Assembly: GCA_964557485.1 (NCBI GenBank)
Contig: CAZLAN010000002.1
Span: forward strand, 1-33,084
DNA: 33,084 bases
From: an uncultured Rhodobiaceae bacterium
Lineage (GTDB): Bacteria > Pseudomonadota > Alphaproteobacteria > MED-G09
Direction of reading: 5' to 3'
Part shown: one piece after another, positions 18,814-27,876 of the stretch
Position numbering within the stretch: position 1 is the first letter of the stretch
Layout: every line of letters begins with the position of its first letter
Made by a program: the position numbers and the translations under genes
The notes under the pieces: generated by a model
What the model was told of the DNA's origin: nothing
What the model saw: the letters and a program-made list of their open reading frames with translations, nothing else
Database searches by the model: none

Positions 18814-19823
18814 ATTATTTTGTTTTATTTATCAGCATAGTAATTTTTGTTTTTTCTACCTCCTTTGCCGATCCATACAAAAAACTTTCAGAATATAAAT
18901 TTTTTGATGATTTAAGAAATCAAATTCCTTCCACAAATACAATTCCATATAGGATTGCTAATCCATTATTTTCAGATTACTCATATAAATTTAGGTTCGT
19001 TCATTTTCCAGATAATAAATTTGCAAAGTATAATTTTGATGCCGTTTTTGATTTCCCAGTTGGAGCAACAATTATAAAAACTTTTGCATATCCAATTGAT
19101 GAAAGAAATTTAAAAAAAGGATTTAAGTTATTAGAAACAAGACTTTTAATTAAAAAAGAAAATGGATGGGTACCTCTAAGTTATATTTGGGATAAAAAAA
19201 ATGAAGACGCTAAAATTAAATATACTGGACAAATCTTTAATTTGTCATGGATTAATAAAATTGGAGTAGAAAGAACCTTAAGGTATAGAGCCCCAAATAT
19301 TAATCAGTGTAAAACTTGTCATGAAGTTAACAATAAAATCAACCCAATAGGGCCAAAAGGAAGAAATATGAATGTCTTTTTTGATTACTCAGATGGTAAA
19401 TTTAATCAAATTAAATACTGGAAAAATAAAGGATTACTTAAAAATATTCCAAATAATTTAAATTCTCATACAGCTATTTGGGACAATGAAAATTATCATA
19501 TTAATGATAGAGCTAGATCATACTTAGATGCTAACTGTGCTCATTGCCATCGGAGAGGTGGTTCAGCTAGTAATTCTGGTTTTTATCTAGACTTAAAGGA
19601 AAAAGACCCAATTACTTTAGGTATATTGAAAAGACCTGTTGCAGCAGGAAGAGGTAGTGGAGGTCTAAAATACATTATACATCCAGGAAAAGCTAAAGAG
19701 TCTATTCTTATTTATAGAATGGATTCAATTGATCCAGGCGTCATGATGCCAGAATTAAGTAGAAGCCTTAAGCATGATGAAGCAATTCCAGTGATAACAG
19801 ACTGGATCAATAAACTAAAATAA
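18798..19823 (+). CDS. secreted diheme c-type cytochrome-like protein (HNE_0200 / SO_2930-like family), function unknown
   Basis: 341 aa with a signal peptide and two CXXCH motifs: CKTCH at 19308-19322 and CAHCH at 19536-19550. The start overlaps the beta-helix gene by 16 nt. Confidence 0.6.
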   Translation: MAKKLNYFVLFISIVIFVFSTSFADPYKKLSEYKFFDDLRNQIPSTNTIPYRIANPLFSDYSYKFRFVHFPDNKFAKYNFDAVFDFPVGATIIKTFAYPIDERNLKKGFKLLETRLLIKKENGWVPLSYIWDKKNEDAKIKYTGQIFNLSWINKIGVERTLRYRAPNINQCKTCHEVNNKINPIGPKGRNMNVFFDYSDGKFNQIKYWKNKGLLKNIPNNLNSHTAIWDNENYHINDRARSYLDANCAHCHRRGGSASNSGFYLDLKEKDPITLGILKRPVAAGRGSGGLKYIIHPGKAKESILIYRMDSIDPGVMMPELSRSLKHDEAIPVITDWINKLK

Positions 19824-19831
19824 TATAATTG

Positions 19832-21037
19832 TTACCCGTTTGTTTCACCGTGAGATGAAATATCAAGGCCTTCTGTCTCTGAGGTTTCATCAACTCTTAG
19901 CCCTATAGTAAGCTTTACTACATAAGTTATAATTATTGTACCAATAACTGAAAGAGCTAGAACAGCTAATATTCCTTTTAATTGAACAGATAATTGCGAA
20001 ATAGCATTCATACCATCAGCATAGCCAGCGCCGCCAAAATTTGTGCTAACTAAAAAGGAAACTAATATTATTCCTAAAATACCGCCAATTCCGTGAACTG
20101 CAAAAACATCCAGGGAATCATCAATTTTTAAATTATTTTTAACTATATTTACGAAGAAGTAACAGATAATACCGGCAGAAGCTCCAATTATTAAAGCACC
20201 CAAAGGACCTACAGAACCTGATGCAGGAGTTATAGAAGCTAAACCCGCAATAGTTCCAGTTACTAAACCAACTAAAGTAGGTTTACCAAATTTTACCCAA
20301 TCTATAAGCATCCATACTAATGAAGCCGTTGCTGCAGAAATATGTGTTACTACCATTGCCATTCCAGCATTACCATCAGCTGCTAAAGCACTTCCGGCAT
20401 TAAAGCCAAACCAACCAACCCATAGCATTGAAGCTCCAATCATAACCATTGCAGGATTATGAGGTGGATCAACTTGAAGAGGAAAATTAGATCTTGGTCC
20501 TAACATAGCCGCAAGAACAAGAGCTGATGACCCTGCAGTTAAATGTACAACCAGTCCTCCAGCAAAATCTAAAAGACCAGCCTCATACAGCCATCCATTT
20601 CCTGCCCATATCCAATGAGTTACCGGTGCATAAACTATTAATAGCCAAAGAGCGCTAAATAGAAGAACTGCACCAAATTTTATTCTTTCAACATATGCTC
20701 CAACTATTAAGGCTGGTGTAATGACTGCGAAAGTCATTTGAAAAGCAAAAAATACCGTCTCAGGAATATCTCCTGAAAGTGTTTCTCTTCCGACTCCCGA
20801 CAAAAATGCCTTAGATGCATCTCCGATCCACTGATTACCATCGCCAAAAGCTAAACTATATCCTAAAGCAAGCCAAAGAACTGACATTAAACAAGCAATT
20901 GCTATGCATTGCATTAAGACAGATATTACATTTTTTGATCGAACTAATCCTCCATAAAATAGAGCCAAACCTGGCAAAGTCATAAAAAGAACCAATGCAG
21001 TCGATGTTAATATCCAAGCGGTATTTCCAGTATCCAT
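19832..21037 (-). CDS. amtB: ammonium transporter
   Basis: 401 aa and polytopic. Amt signatures DFAGGLVVHLTAG, WFGFNAGS and VHGIGGILG. Strong GGAGGGG RBS upstream. Confidence 0.92.
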   Translation of the reverse strand: MDTGNTAWILTSTALVLFMTLPGLALFYGGLVRSKNVISVLMQCIAIACLMSVLWLALGYSLAFGDGNQWIGDASKAFLSGVGRETLSGDIPETVFFAFQMTFAVITPALIVGAYVERIKFGAVLLFSALWLLIVYAPVTHWIWAGNGWLYEAGLLDFAGGLVVHLTAGSSALVLAAMLGPRSNFPLQVDPPHNPAMVMIGASMLWVGWFGFNAGSALAADGNAGMAMVVTHISAATASLVWMLIDWVKFGKPTLVGLVTGTIAGLASITPASGSVGPLGALIIGASAGIICYFFVNIVKNNLKIDDSLDVFAVHGIGGILGIILVSFLVSTNFGGAGYADGMNAISQLSVQLKGILAVLALSVIGTIIITYVVKLTIGLRVDETSETEGLDISSHGETNG

Positions 21038-21128
21038 AATTTCCCCTCCGGCAATAAAGTTTTAAATTTTTAATCTAATAATTTAATCATAAATAGGTAA
21101 ATTAATGTATATATAATATTAAATTCAG

Positions 21129-21168
21129 TTAACACATATTACACACCGTAAATTAATAACTTACACAC
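21129..21168 (-). promoter_or_regulatory. three phased GTGT(G)TAA direct repeats upstream of amtB
   Basis: Plus-strand TTAACACA (21129), TTACACAC (21139) and TTACACAC (21161). They read GTGTGTAA on the amtB strand, are spaced 10 and 22 nt apart, and lie 92-131 nt upstream of the amtB ATG. Confidence 0.3.
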
Positions 21169-21182
21169 TTATATAATTTTGG

Positions 21183-22010
21183 TTATTTTCTTGATGAAGG
21201 ATAAACGCCTAATATTTTAATTTCCTCTGAATAATATTTTAACTCATCAATTGCATTCTTGATTGGCTCAGAACTTGAGTGACCTTCTAAGTCAGTATAA
21301 AACTGGGTTGATTGGAAATTTCCATCCAACTGATAACTCTCAAGCTTAAGCATATTAACACCATTCGTCGCAAAGCCACCTAAAGCTTTATAAAGGGCGG
21401 AAGGAACATTTTTAATTTTAAAAACTAAAGTAGTAATATAATTTCCTTCAATATCGCCTGGAATGTTCACATCTTGACTTAATATTAAGAAACGAGTTGT
21501 ATTATGACCGGCATCTTCCATCTCTTTATTTAATACCTTAAGATTATAAATCTCGGCAGCCAAAGGAGATGCTATTGCTGCAATAGATTTGTCTTCCATT
21601 TCATAAACTTCCCTGGCAGATCCTGCTGTATCTGCACTTACAACTGGCTCTAAACCGAGTTTAGAAATTGATTCCCTACATTGACTTAATGCCATTTCAT
21701 GACTTCTTACATATTTAATATCTTCAATGGAAGAGTCTTTAAGGGCCATAAGACAATGCTGAATTTTTAAAAAACTCTCACCAATAATATTGACATCAGA
21801 AGTGGGCATCAACCTATGAATATCAGAAACTCTTCCAGCAATAGAATTTTCAATCGGTATCATTGCTAAATCAACATCACCTTTTATCAAAGAATAAAAA
21901 ACCTGATCAAATGTTTTTAATGCAACTGCCTCAGCCTTATCATTATAGAGTCTGCACGCAATATGTGAATTAGCGCCAGGCTCTCCTTGGTATGCTATTT
22001 TATTTTTCAA
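21183..22010 (-). CDS. pheA: prephenate dehydratase (monofunctional, PDT + ACT domains)
   Basis: 275 aa with the YQGEPGANSH N-terminus, the NTTRFLIL motif and a C-terminal ACT-like domain. No chorismate mutase domain. Confidence 0.88.
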   Translation of the reverse strand: MKNKIAYQGEPGANSHIACRLYNDKAEAVALKTFDQVFYSLIKGDVDLAMIPIENSIAGRVSDIHRLMPTSDVNIIGESFLKIQHCLMALKDSSIEDIKYVRSHEMALSQCRESISKLGLEPVVSADTAGSAREVYEMEDKSIAAIASPLAAEIYNLKVLNKEMEDAGHNTTRFLILSQDVNIPGDIEGNYITTLVFKIKNVPSALYKALGGFATNGVNMLKLESYQLDGNFQSTQFYTDLEGHSSSEPIKNAIDELKYYSEEIKILGVYPSSRK

Positions 22011-22737
22011 TTTTACCTTCCATTATTTCTCTTACCTTAATCAAATCTGATTCAGCATCTACACCAATTGGTAAATTATTTGTCAAACCTAGAGAAATAC
22101 TCATCCCATTCTCAATTGCTCGTAGTTGTTCTAATTTCCTTTCAATTTCTAATTTAGTTTGTTTTAACTCGACAAATTTTTCTAATGCTTCTCTTCTATA
22201 ACCATATATGCCTATATGATGATATAAACAATTCTTTTTCTGACCATCTATATGACGAATAAAATCTTTTACTAAATTACTACTCCCATAGTCCTCTATA
22301 AACGCTTTAACAATGTTTGGATTATTAAAATCATCCTGGCTTTCAATCTTTGTACCTAAAGTTGATATATCAGCATCGCCCTCTTCTAATAGGGTGATAA
22401 TTTTTATTAAAGATTCTTTATCAATATTAGGAAGGTCTCCCTGAAGATTAATTATAAAATCATAATTCTTAGAGGGATCAAAAAGATTCATTGCTTCATA
22501 TATTCTATCTGAACCAGAAGGATGATTCGGGTCAGTTAAAATAGCCTTTCCTCCAATTTTCTCTATCTCAATTTTAATTTCTTCATTACCTGCTGCTACT
22601 AAAACATCTGAAATACCAGATTCAATCGCCCTTCTATAAACATGCACTATCATTGATTCACCGTTTATGTCTGCTAAAGCCTTATTAGGGAGCCGAGTTG
22701 ATTCTAATCTTGCAGGTATAATTATTAAATTTTTCAT
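22000..22737 (-). CDS. kdsB: 3-deoxy-manno-octulosonate cytidylyltransferase
   Basis: 245 aa with IIPARLESTRLPNKAL, NLQGDLP and HIGIYGYRREAL. Its stop overlaps the pheA start by 11 nt. Confidence 0.9.
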   Translation of the reverse strand: MKNLIIIPARLESTRLPNKALADINGESMIVHVYRRAIESGISDVLVAAGNEEIKIEIEKIGGKAILTDPNHPSGSDRIYEAMNLFDPSKNYDFIINLQGDLPNIDKESLIKIITLLEEGDADISTLGTKIESQDDFNNPNIVKAFIEDYGSSNLVKDFIRHIDGQKKNCLYHHIGIYGYRREALEKFVELKQTKLEIERKLEQLRAIENGMSISLGLTNNLPIGVDAESDLIKVREIMEGKIEK

Positions 22738-22828
22738 ATTGCTATTCTTTTGATTTAAATTTATTAAGTAGTTTATAAAATTTATCTAATTTATCTACAA
22801 TTAATAAAAATTTTGATATAGAAAAAAA

Positions 22829-23716
22829 ATGAATTTAGATACAGGTACAATAATAAAAGGTCTTTTTGCTTCAGTTTTAACCCTTTTAATAGTTTTTGGA
22901 ATAATAAGGACAGCCAACAAATTATTTTATGTTGAATCAATTAATCCTCCATCATCTGAAGAATTATTAACAAATATAGAATATATTGATGAAAGTCATT
23001 TTTTAACCACATCAAAACCAAATAGTGAAAAGAATTATAGTCATACGATTCTTGGTAGGGAAAATCTAAAAGAAAAAATAAAAAAACAAAAAAGATTTGT
23101 TAAACATTTTAAATCTATTGTTTCTGTTAAAGAGCTAGATAAGGAAATTAATATAATTCAAAATAACTTGAATGCATTAAGTGCTGGTAAATATCATACA
23201 ATTCTTAACAAGGATGAAATTGAAAATAAAATTCCTACAATTAAAAGAAAGCTTAATTTATTAAAAAAAGTAAGATCTTCATATGGGGAGTCATCAATTC
23301 CTGAAATTGCTGGAACAAATACTGATAGTTCAACAAAAGTTGTTGTTGTTGAAAAACCAAAATTATCATTTGAAGAATTATTAGCTATTGCATCAATTGA
23401 ATCAGGAAAGAAGGTCTCTTCCAAATGTATTGCTTGTCATGGATTTAATTCAGGTGGTGGTAATAGAATTGGACCAAATCTGTGGAATATCTTAGGAACA
23501 AATAAAGCAAACGCATCAGGATTTAATTATTCAGATTCCCTTAAAAATATAGGGGGAGAATGGTCTATCGAAGAAATGAATTTATGGTTAAAAAGTCCGA
23601 AAAAATATGCTCCTGGAAATACAATGTCTTTTGTGGGGCTTAGAAAAGACAAAGATAGAGCAAATTTGATTGCTTACTTAAATTCCTTGTCAGATAAACC
23701 AATACCATTACAATAA
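22829..23716 (+). CDS. membrane-anchored class I cytochrome c (CycM-like)
   Basis: 295 aa: an N-terminal TM helix, a Lys-rich linker of about 170 aa, then a mitochondrial-type cytochrome c domain. Heme site CIACH at 23426-23440; GPNLW; Met ligand context GNTMSFVGL. Confidence 0.75.
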   Translation: MNLDTGTIIKGLFASVLTLLIVFGIIRTANKLFYVESINPPSSEELLTNIEYIDESHFLTTSKPNSEKNYSHTILGRENLKEKIKKQKRFVKHFKSIVSVKELDKEINIIQNNLNALSAGKYHTILNKDEIENKIPTIKRKLNLLKKVRSSYGESSIPEIAGTNTDSSTKVVVVEKPKLSFEELLAIASIESGKKVSSKCIACHGFNSGGGNRIGPNLWNILGTNKANASGFNYSDSLKNIGGEWSIEEMNLWLKSPKKYAPGNTMSFVGLRKDKDRANLIAYLNSLSDKPIPLQ

Positions 23717-23766
23717 TATTAAATAATTGAAATTATCTTAAATTTACTTATTTTAGTATTGTACAT

Positions 23767-25134
23767 TTGGAAATTAACGAAAATATGACAACTAAAAAAA
23801 TTAAATCACTTTCTGAAGATTATTTTGGTAATGATGCTGTTAAAGCCTCTGAACCAAAATTAGGTAACAAACCAATACTTGGTGACAGATATACCTCAAA
23901 AGAATTCATGGATCTTGAATGGGATAGGATGTTTACTAAGGTTTGGCAAGTTGCTGGGTTGGAGCAACAATTATCAGAACCTGGGGATTTTTTTACATTT
24001 AATTTTGGCCCAGAATCTATACTTTGTGCAAAGGGAGAAGATAAAAAAATAAGATGTTTTTATAATGTGTGCCAACATCGTGGAAATCAGTTAGTACAAA
24101 TAGATGAAGGTAACTTAGAAAGTTTTTCTTGCGCATACCATGCTTGGAAATTTGGATTAGATGGTACCCTTCAATGGGTTCCTGATGAAGAAGATTTCAT
24201 TCATGGATCTCCTTGTGGAAGAAGAAATCTTATCGAAATCAAAACTGAAATTTGGGCTGGTTTTATTTTTTTTAACTTAGACCCTCAATGCAAGTCCTTA
24301 AAAGAGTATCTAAACCCTGTTATGGATCAACTTAAGAATTATCCTATATCAGAAATGATAAGAACACATTGGGTAACAGTGGAAGGTGAATGGAATTGGA
24401 AATGTGTCCAAGATAATTTTAATGAATCTTATCATACTCCTTATGTTCACCCTGGTTTAAAATACTTCTCTGACGAAAAATATTATTCATGCCAATTCGA
24501 TATGTATGAAAGCATGCATGCTAGAATGCTTATGCCAGGATTTATTCCTAGTAAAAGTGTTTATGACGACGAAAAAAAAGTACTAGAAGCTATATCTCCA
24601 GCAATTGAGTATTGGGATATGGATGCAAATGACTATAAAGGTAGGCTTCTTGAAATAAGAGACGATTTACAAAAGCAAAAAAGGAAACTTGGTAAAGAAA
24701 AAGGTTATGACTTCAGTAAGTTTACAGATACCCAATTAACAGATCATCATCATTATACAATTTTTCCAAATATGTCATTTAGTGTAAAGCCAGATGGAAT
24801 GCAATGGTTAAGAGGTACACCTCACCCCACTGATCCAACAAAATGTTATTTTGATTATTGGTATCTAACTTTATTCCCAAAAGGAGTTGATGAATATTAT
24901 TCTCCAATGCTCAAACAAAAAACAAACATTAATACAAAGATTCCTCACACCCAAGGTCATTATACAGAAGTAGATGTTGGAGATGGAATTTCTGAAGATG
25001 TAGCAATATGGACTAGCCAACAAAAAGGATTGAGTTCGAGAGGGTATATTGGTGATTATATGCCAGCCCAAGAAAATAGAATAAGATTTTTCCATGAAAA
25101 TATAGATAAATATCTATTTGGTAACACCAATTAA
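23767..25134 (+). CDS. Rieske [2Fe-2S] ring-hydroxylating oxygenase, alpha subunit
   Basis: 455 aa with Rieske motif CQH-X17-CAYH and mononuclear iron motif NWK...DNFNESYHTPYVH. The track start is TTG at 23767; ATG at 23785 is an alternative start. Confidence 0.8.
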   Translation: MEINENMTTKKIKSLSEDYFGNDAVKASEPKLGNKPILGDRYTSKEFMDLEWDRMFTKVWQVAGLEQQLSEPGDFFTFNFGPESILCAKGEDKKIRCFYNVCQHRGNQLVQIDEGNLESFSCAYHAWKFGLDGTLQWVPDEEDFIHGSPCGRRNLIEIKTEIWAGFIFFNLDPQCKSLKEYLNPVMDQLKNYPISEMIRTHWVTVEGEWNWKCVQDNFNESYHTPYVHPGLKYFSDEKYYSCQFDMYESMHARMLMPGFIPSKSVYDDEKKVLEAISPAIEYWDMDANDYKGRLLEIRDDLQKQKRKLGKEKGYDFSKFTDTQLTDHHHYTIFPNMSFSVKPDGMQWLRGTPHPTDPTKCYFDYWYLTLFPKGVDEYYSPMLKQKTNINTKIPHTQGHYTEVDVGDGISEDVAIWTSQQKGLSSRGYIGDYMPAQENRIRFFHENIDKYLFGNTN

Positions 25135-25154
25135 GAGATAATAAGGAGAAGCTT

Positions 25155-25688
25155 ATGAATATCAAGTTAGAAATAGCTGCAGATAAAATTGAAATAGCCG
25201 ATATTGTATACAAATATTGCCGTGCAATAGACAGAATGGATCGAGAACTTTTAGAATCTGTATTCCATGAGGACTCAATTCATCACCATGGTGAATATGA
25301 GGGCCCATCGTCAGATTTCTGTAACTTTGCCTTCGACATATTAGCTGAGATGGAATTTACCCAACATCTTGTAGGAAATCTTCTTATTGAAGTGGATGGG
25401 GATACCGCATGGTCTGAAGCGTATTGGACCGCATATCATAGAATAGCGAAAGGTAAAGAATCTGACATGGGTTTTTTAGCTGAACATGACTCAAATATTG
25501 ATGAGGATGTTTTTGTTAGCGGAAGATATATTGACCGCTTTGAAAGAAGAAACGGTGAATGGAAAATCGCGAAACGCCAGGGTGTTCATGATTGGGTCAG
25601 GTTCGAACCTGCTAATGAAAAAGGTCAACTAGAAGCAGCTGGACCTACTGCCAGTAGAAGCCGCCAAGATCCTGCATACCAAAGATAG
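25155..25688 (+). CDS. NTF2-fold SnoaL_4-like protein (possible oxygenase beta-like subunit)
   Basis: 177 aa. N-terminus IADIVYKYCRAIDRMDRELLESVFHEDS is typical of SnoaL_4/NTF2 proteins. AGGAGA RBS; starts 20 nt after the Rieske gene. Confidence 0.6.
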   Translation: MNIKLEIAADKIEIADIVYKYCRAIDRMDRELLESVFHEDSIHHHGEYEGPSSDFCNFAFDILAEMEFTQHLVGNLLIEVDGDTAWSEAYWTAYHRIAKGKESDMGFLAEHDSNIDEDVFVSGRYIDRFERRNGEWKIAKRQGVHDWVRFEPANEKGQLEAAGPTASRSRQDPAYQR

Positions 25689-25697
25689 AAAAATTAA

Positions 25698-26942
25698 TTA
25701 ACGTTTATCAAATGTTATAAAAAATTCCTTCATAGGCATGAAAAACATACTGAAGTTATGAACAGGTTCTTGAAGAGGCTTAGCAAGCTTTATGTTTTTC
25801 ATTCTTTTTACAAGAAATTTGAAAGAACGAATCATTTCTTGTCTACCTAACAAAGCGCCTGGGCAATGATGTGAACCTGATCCAAAAGCTACATGAGCAC
25901 CAACACCTTCTCTGTTTAATTGAAACTGATGTGGGCATGAAAATTTACTTTCATCTCTATTTGCCGGTCCATATCCCATCATAACCATTGAGTCTTTTGG
26001 TATAGTCGTTCCTGATACTTCGACATCTTTTTGTGTTCTTCTTAAAAGGAATTGAACTGGGCTTTCCCACCTCAGAACCTCCTCAACAAAAGGTTTAAGA
26101 AGTAAGTCATCCTCATAAAGTTTATCTGCAATATCTGGAAATCTTATAAGCGCCCACATTCCGTGATTAATAGCACTTTGAGTTGTTTCATATCCTCCAG
26201 TAATTAACTGGTGCATTAAATTTTGTAGTTCATGCATGGATAAAGGTTCTTCATCATCACCATGAGCATGAACCATTGCCGACATCAAATCTTCTTTTGG
26301 ATTTTCTTTTCTATCTTCAAAAACATCAGCTAAGAAAAGCTGGGCCTCAAGTTCAATCTTCGCATTCGCAGTTACCTCTTCTTTCGTCGCCATAGGCGCC
26401 CTACTTGCTCCTAACATTGAATCAGCCCATTTCTTAAAAGTAGCAACATTATCTCTCGATAAACCTAGTTGTTCAGCAATTATGATTCCCGGCATACGCA
26501 TAGCAAATTCATCATTGAAGTCACAACTTCCACTTTCAATAAAATTGTCAATAAGCTCATTAACAACTTCATCAAGATGAGGTAATAATTCATCTACTCT
26601 TTTCTTAGTAAATACCCTATCAACGAGCTTTCTATATCTTCTATGAAGTGGAGGATCAGTTCTTTGAAGAGTCTGAACATGCTCCCAACCTCCGCCATCA
26701 ACAAGAATATTTTGATGTAATGATGAAAATTCGCCCCTGGTTGCCACACTTACATCATTTGAGAATGTTTCAAAATCTTTGAGAGCCATCCTAATATCAT
26801 CATATTTTGTAAGCATATAAATCCCAACCTCAGGAATTTGATATACCGGCTGTTCTTTATGAAGCATATCGTAAAATTCATAAGGATCGCTATTAATAAG
26901 CGGATCTAAAAAATTATATTTTTCAACTTTACTTTCTGACAT
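25698..26942 (-). CDS. cytochrome P450
   Basis: 414 aa with I-helix GGYETT, EXXR (EEVLRWESP) and the heme-thiolate loop FGSGSHHCPGALLG. Confidence 0.88.
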   Translation of the reverse strand: MSESKVEKYNFLDPLINSDPYEFYDMLHKEQPVYQIPEVGIYMLTKYDDIRMALKDFETFSNDVSVATRGEFSSLHQNILVDGGGWEHVQTLQRTDPPLHRRYRKLVDRVFTKKRVDELLPHLDEVVNELIDNFIESGSCDFNDEFAMRMPGIIIAEQLGLSRDNVATFKKWADSMLGASRAPMATKEEVTANAKIELEAQLFLADVFEDRKENPKEDLMSAMVHAHGDDEEPLSMHELQNLMHQLITGGYETTQSAINHGMWALIRFPDIADKLYEDDLLLKPFVEEVLRWESPVQFLLRRTQKDVEVSGTTIPKDSMVMMGYGPANRDESKFSCPHQFQLNREGVGAHVAFGSGSHHCPGALLGRQEMIRSFKFLVKRMKNIKLAKPLQEPVHNFSMFFMPMKEFFITFDKR

Positions 26943-26964
26943 TACATAATTTTAAAAAAATTTA

Positions 26965-27873
26965 TTAGATATTATCCCAATCATGGTTTTTAATCCAGTC
27001 CTCAAAATAAGTTGGTGTTACAGAAAATCTTTTATATAAATCATCCATTTTTATAGCTAGAGGAGAGGGGTCTTGTTCGTTATACCAGCTATAGAATGCA
27101 GCCATACCGTCATAAATTGATGGTTTTTCATATTCTTCAGAACCTGTTACTAGTTTACTCATTTGTCTAGCAAAAGTATTTGGCTCAAGACTCTTAAAGG
27201 TAATTTCTCTTCCAAGAGCATTAGTAAATTTTTCAGCAACTTCAGAGCCTAATAATATTTCTGGACCGCCTATAGTAATTCTTTCTGCCTTAACATCACT
27301 TGCTGATAATGCTGCAACCATAAAAGAAGCAACATCCTCTAAACAAATCCATGACATCTTTAACTCCTCACTACAAGGATACGCAAATATATTATTATTA
27401 ACTATAGAAGGCTTTGCCCAAAATCTAGACAAATTATCCATAAAAGTTACAGAACGGATTATTGCAAACTCCATACCGCTATTTTCCATTGCGTTTTCAA
27501 TTTCTTTTCTTCCATCATGTGCCTCTAGACCATTATCTTCAGGAGCAACATAGCAACTTGTATTAAATACAATTTTTCTTACACCCATTTCTTTACCAGC
27601 AAGAGTAATATTATCGCCCCATTGTTTAGCTATAGCTTTATCAAAAACAAAAGGAAGGTTCATAGCAATTAAGTCAACGCCCGTAGAGGCTTCCTTTAAA
27701 GAATCAACATCAAATAAATCTGCTTTTACACTTTCAACATCTCCATTAATCTCACTCTTATAATTTTCTGGATATCTTGAAGCTGCTCTAATCTTGTAAC
27801 CATTCTTTATTAATGCATTCACTAATGGAACACCTTGATCACCACTAGCACCATAAACTAGAACTTTTTCCAT
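26965..27873 (-). CDS. NmrA-family NAD(P)-binding protein
   Basis: 302 aa with N-terminal Rossmann VLVYGASGDQG and overall NmrA/isoflavone-reductase-like length and pattern. Confidence 0.6.
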   Translation of the reverse strand: MEKVLVYGASGDQGVPLVNALIKNGYKIRAASRYPENYKSEINGDVESVKADLFDVDSLKEASTGVDLIAMNLPFVFDKAIAKQWGDNITLAGKEMGVRKIVFNTSCYVAPEDNGLEAHDGRKEIENAMENSGMEFAIIRSVTFMDNLSRFWAKPSIVNNNIFAYPCSEELKMSWICLEDVASFMVAALSASDVKAERITIGGPEILLGSEVAEKFTNALGREITFKSLEPNTFARQMSKLVTGSEEYEKPSIYDGMAAFYSWYNEQDPSPLAIKMDDLYKRFSVTPTYFEDWIKNHDWDNI

Positions 27874-27876
27874 AAT

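Noticed and set aside
21038-21100. Sigma54 (-24 GG / -12 GC) promoter or NtcA site upstream of amtB.
   Set aside because: The only TTGC lies within TTTATTGCCGGAGGGG next to the RBS, and there is no GG 10-11 nt upstream of it. No GTA-N8-TAC motif was seen.
22780-22797. Tandem duplication ATTTATCTA-ATTTATCTA upstream of the cytochrome c gene.
   Set aside because: There are only two copies of an AT-rich 9-mer. This is too short to separate from chance or replication slippage, and I know of no regulator motif it matches.
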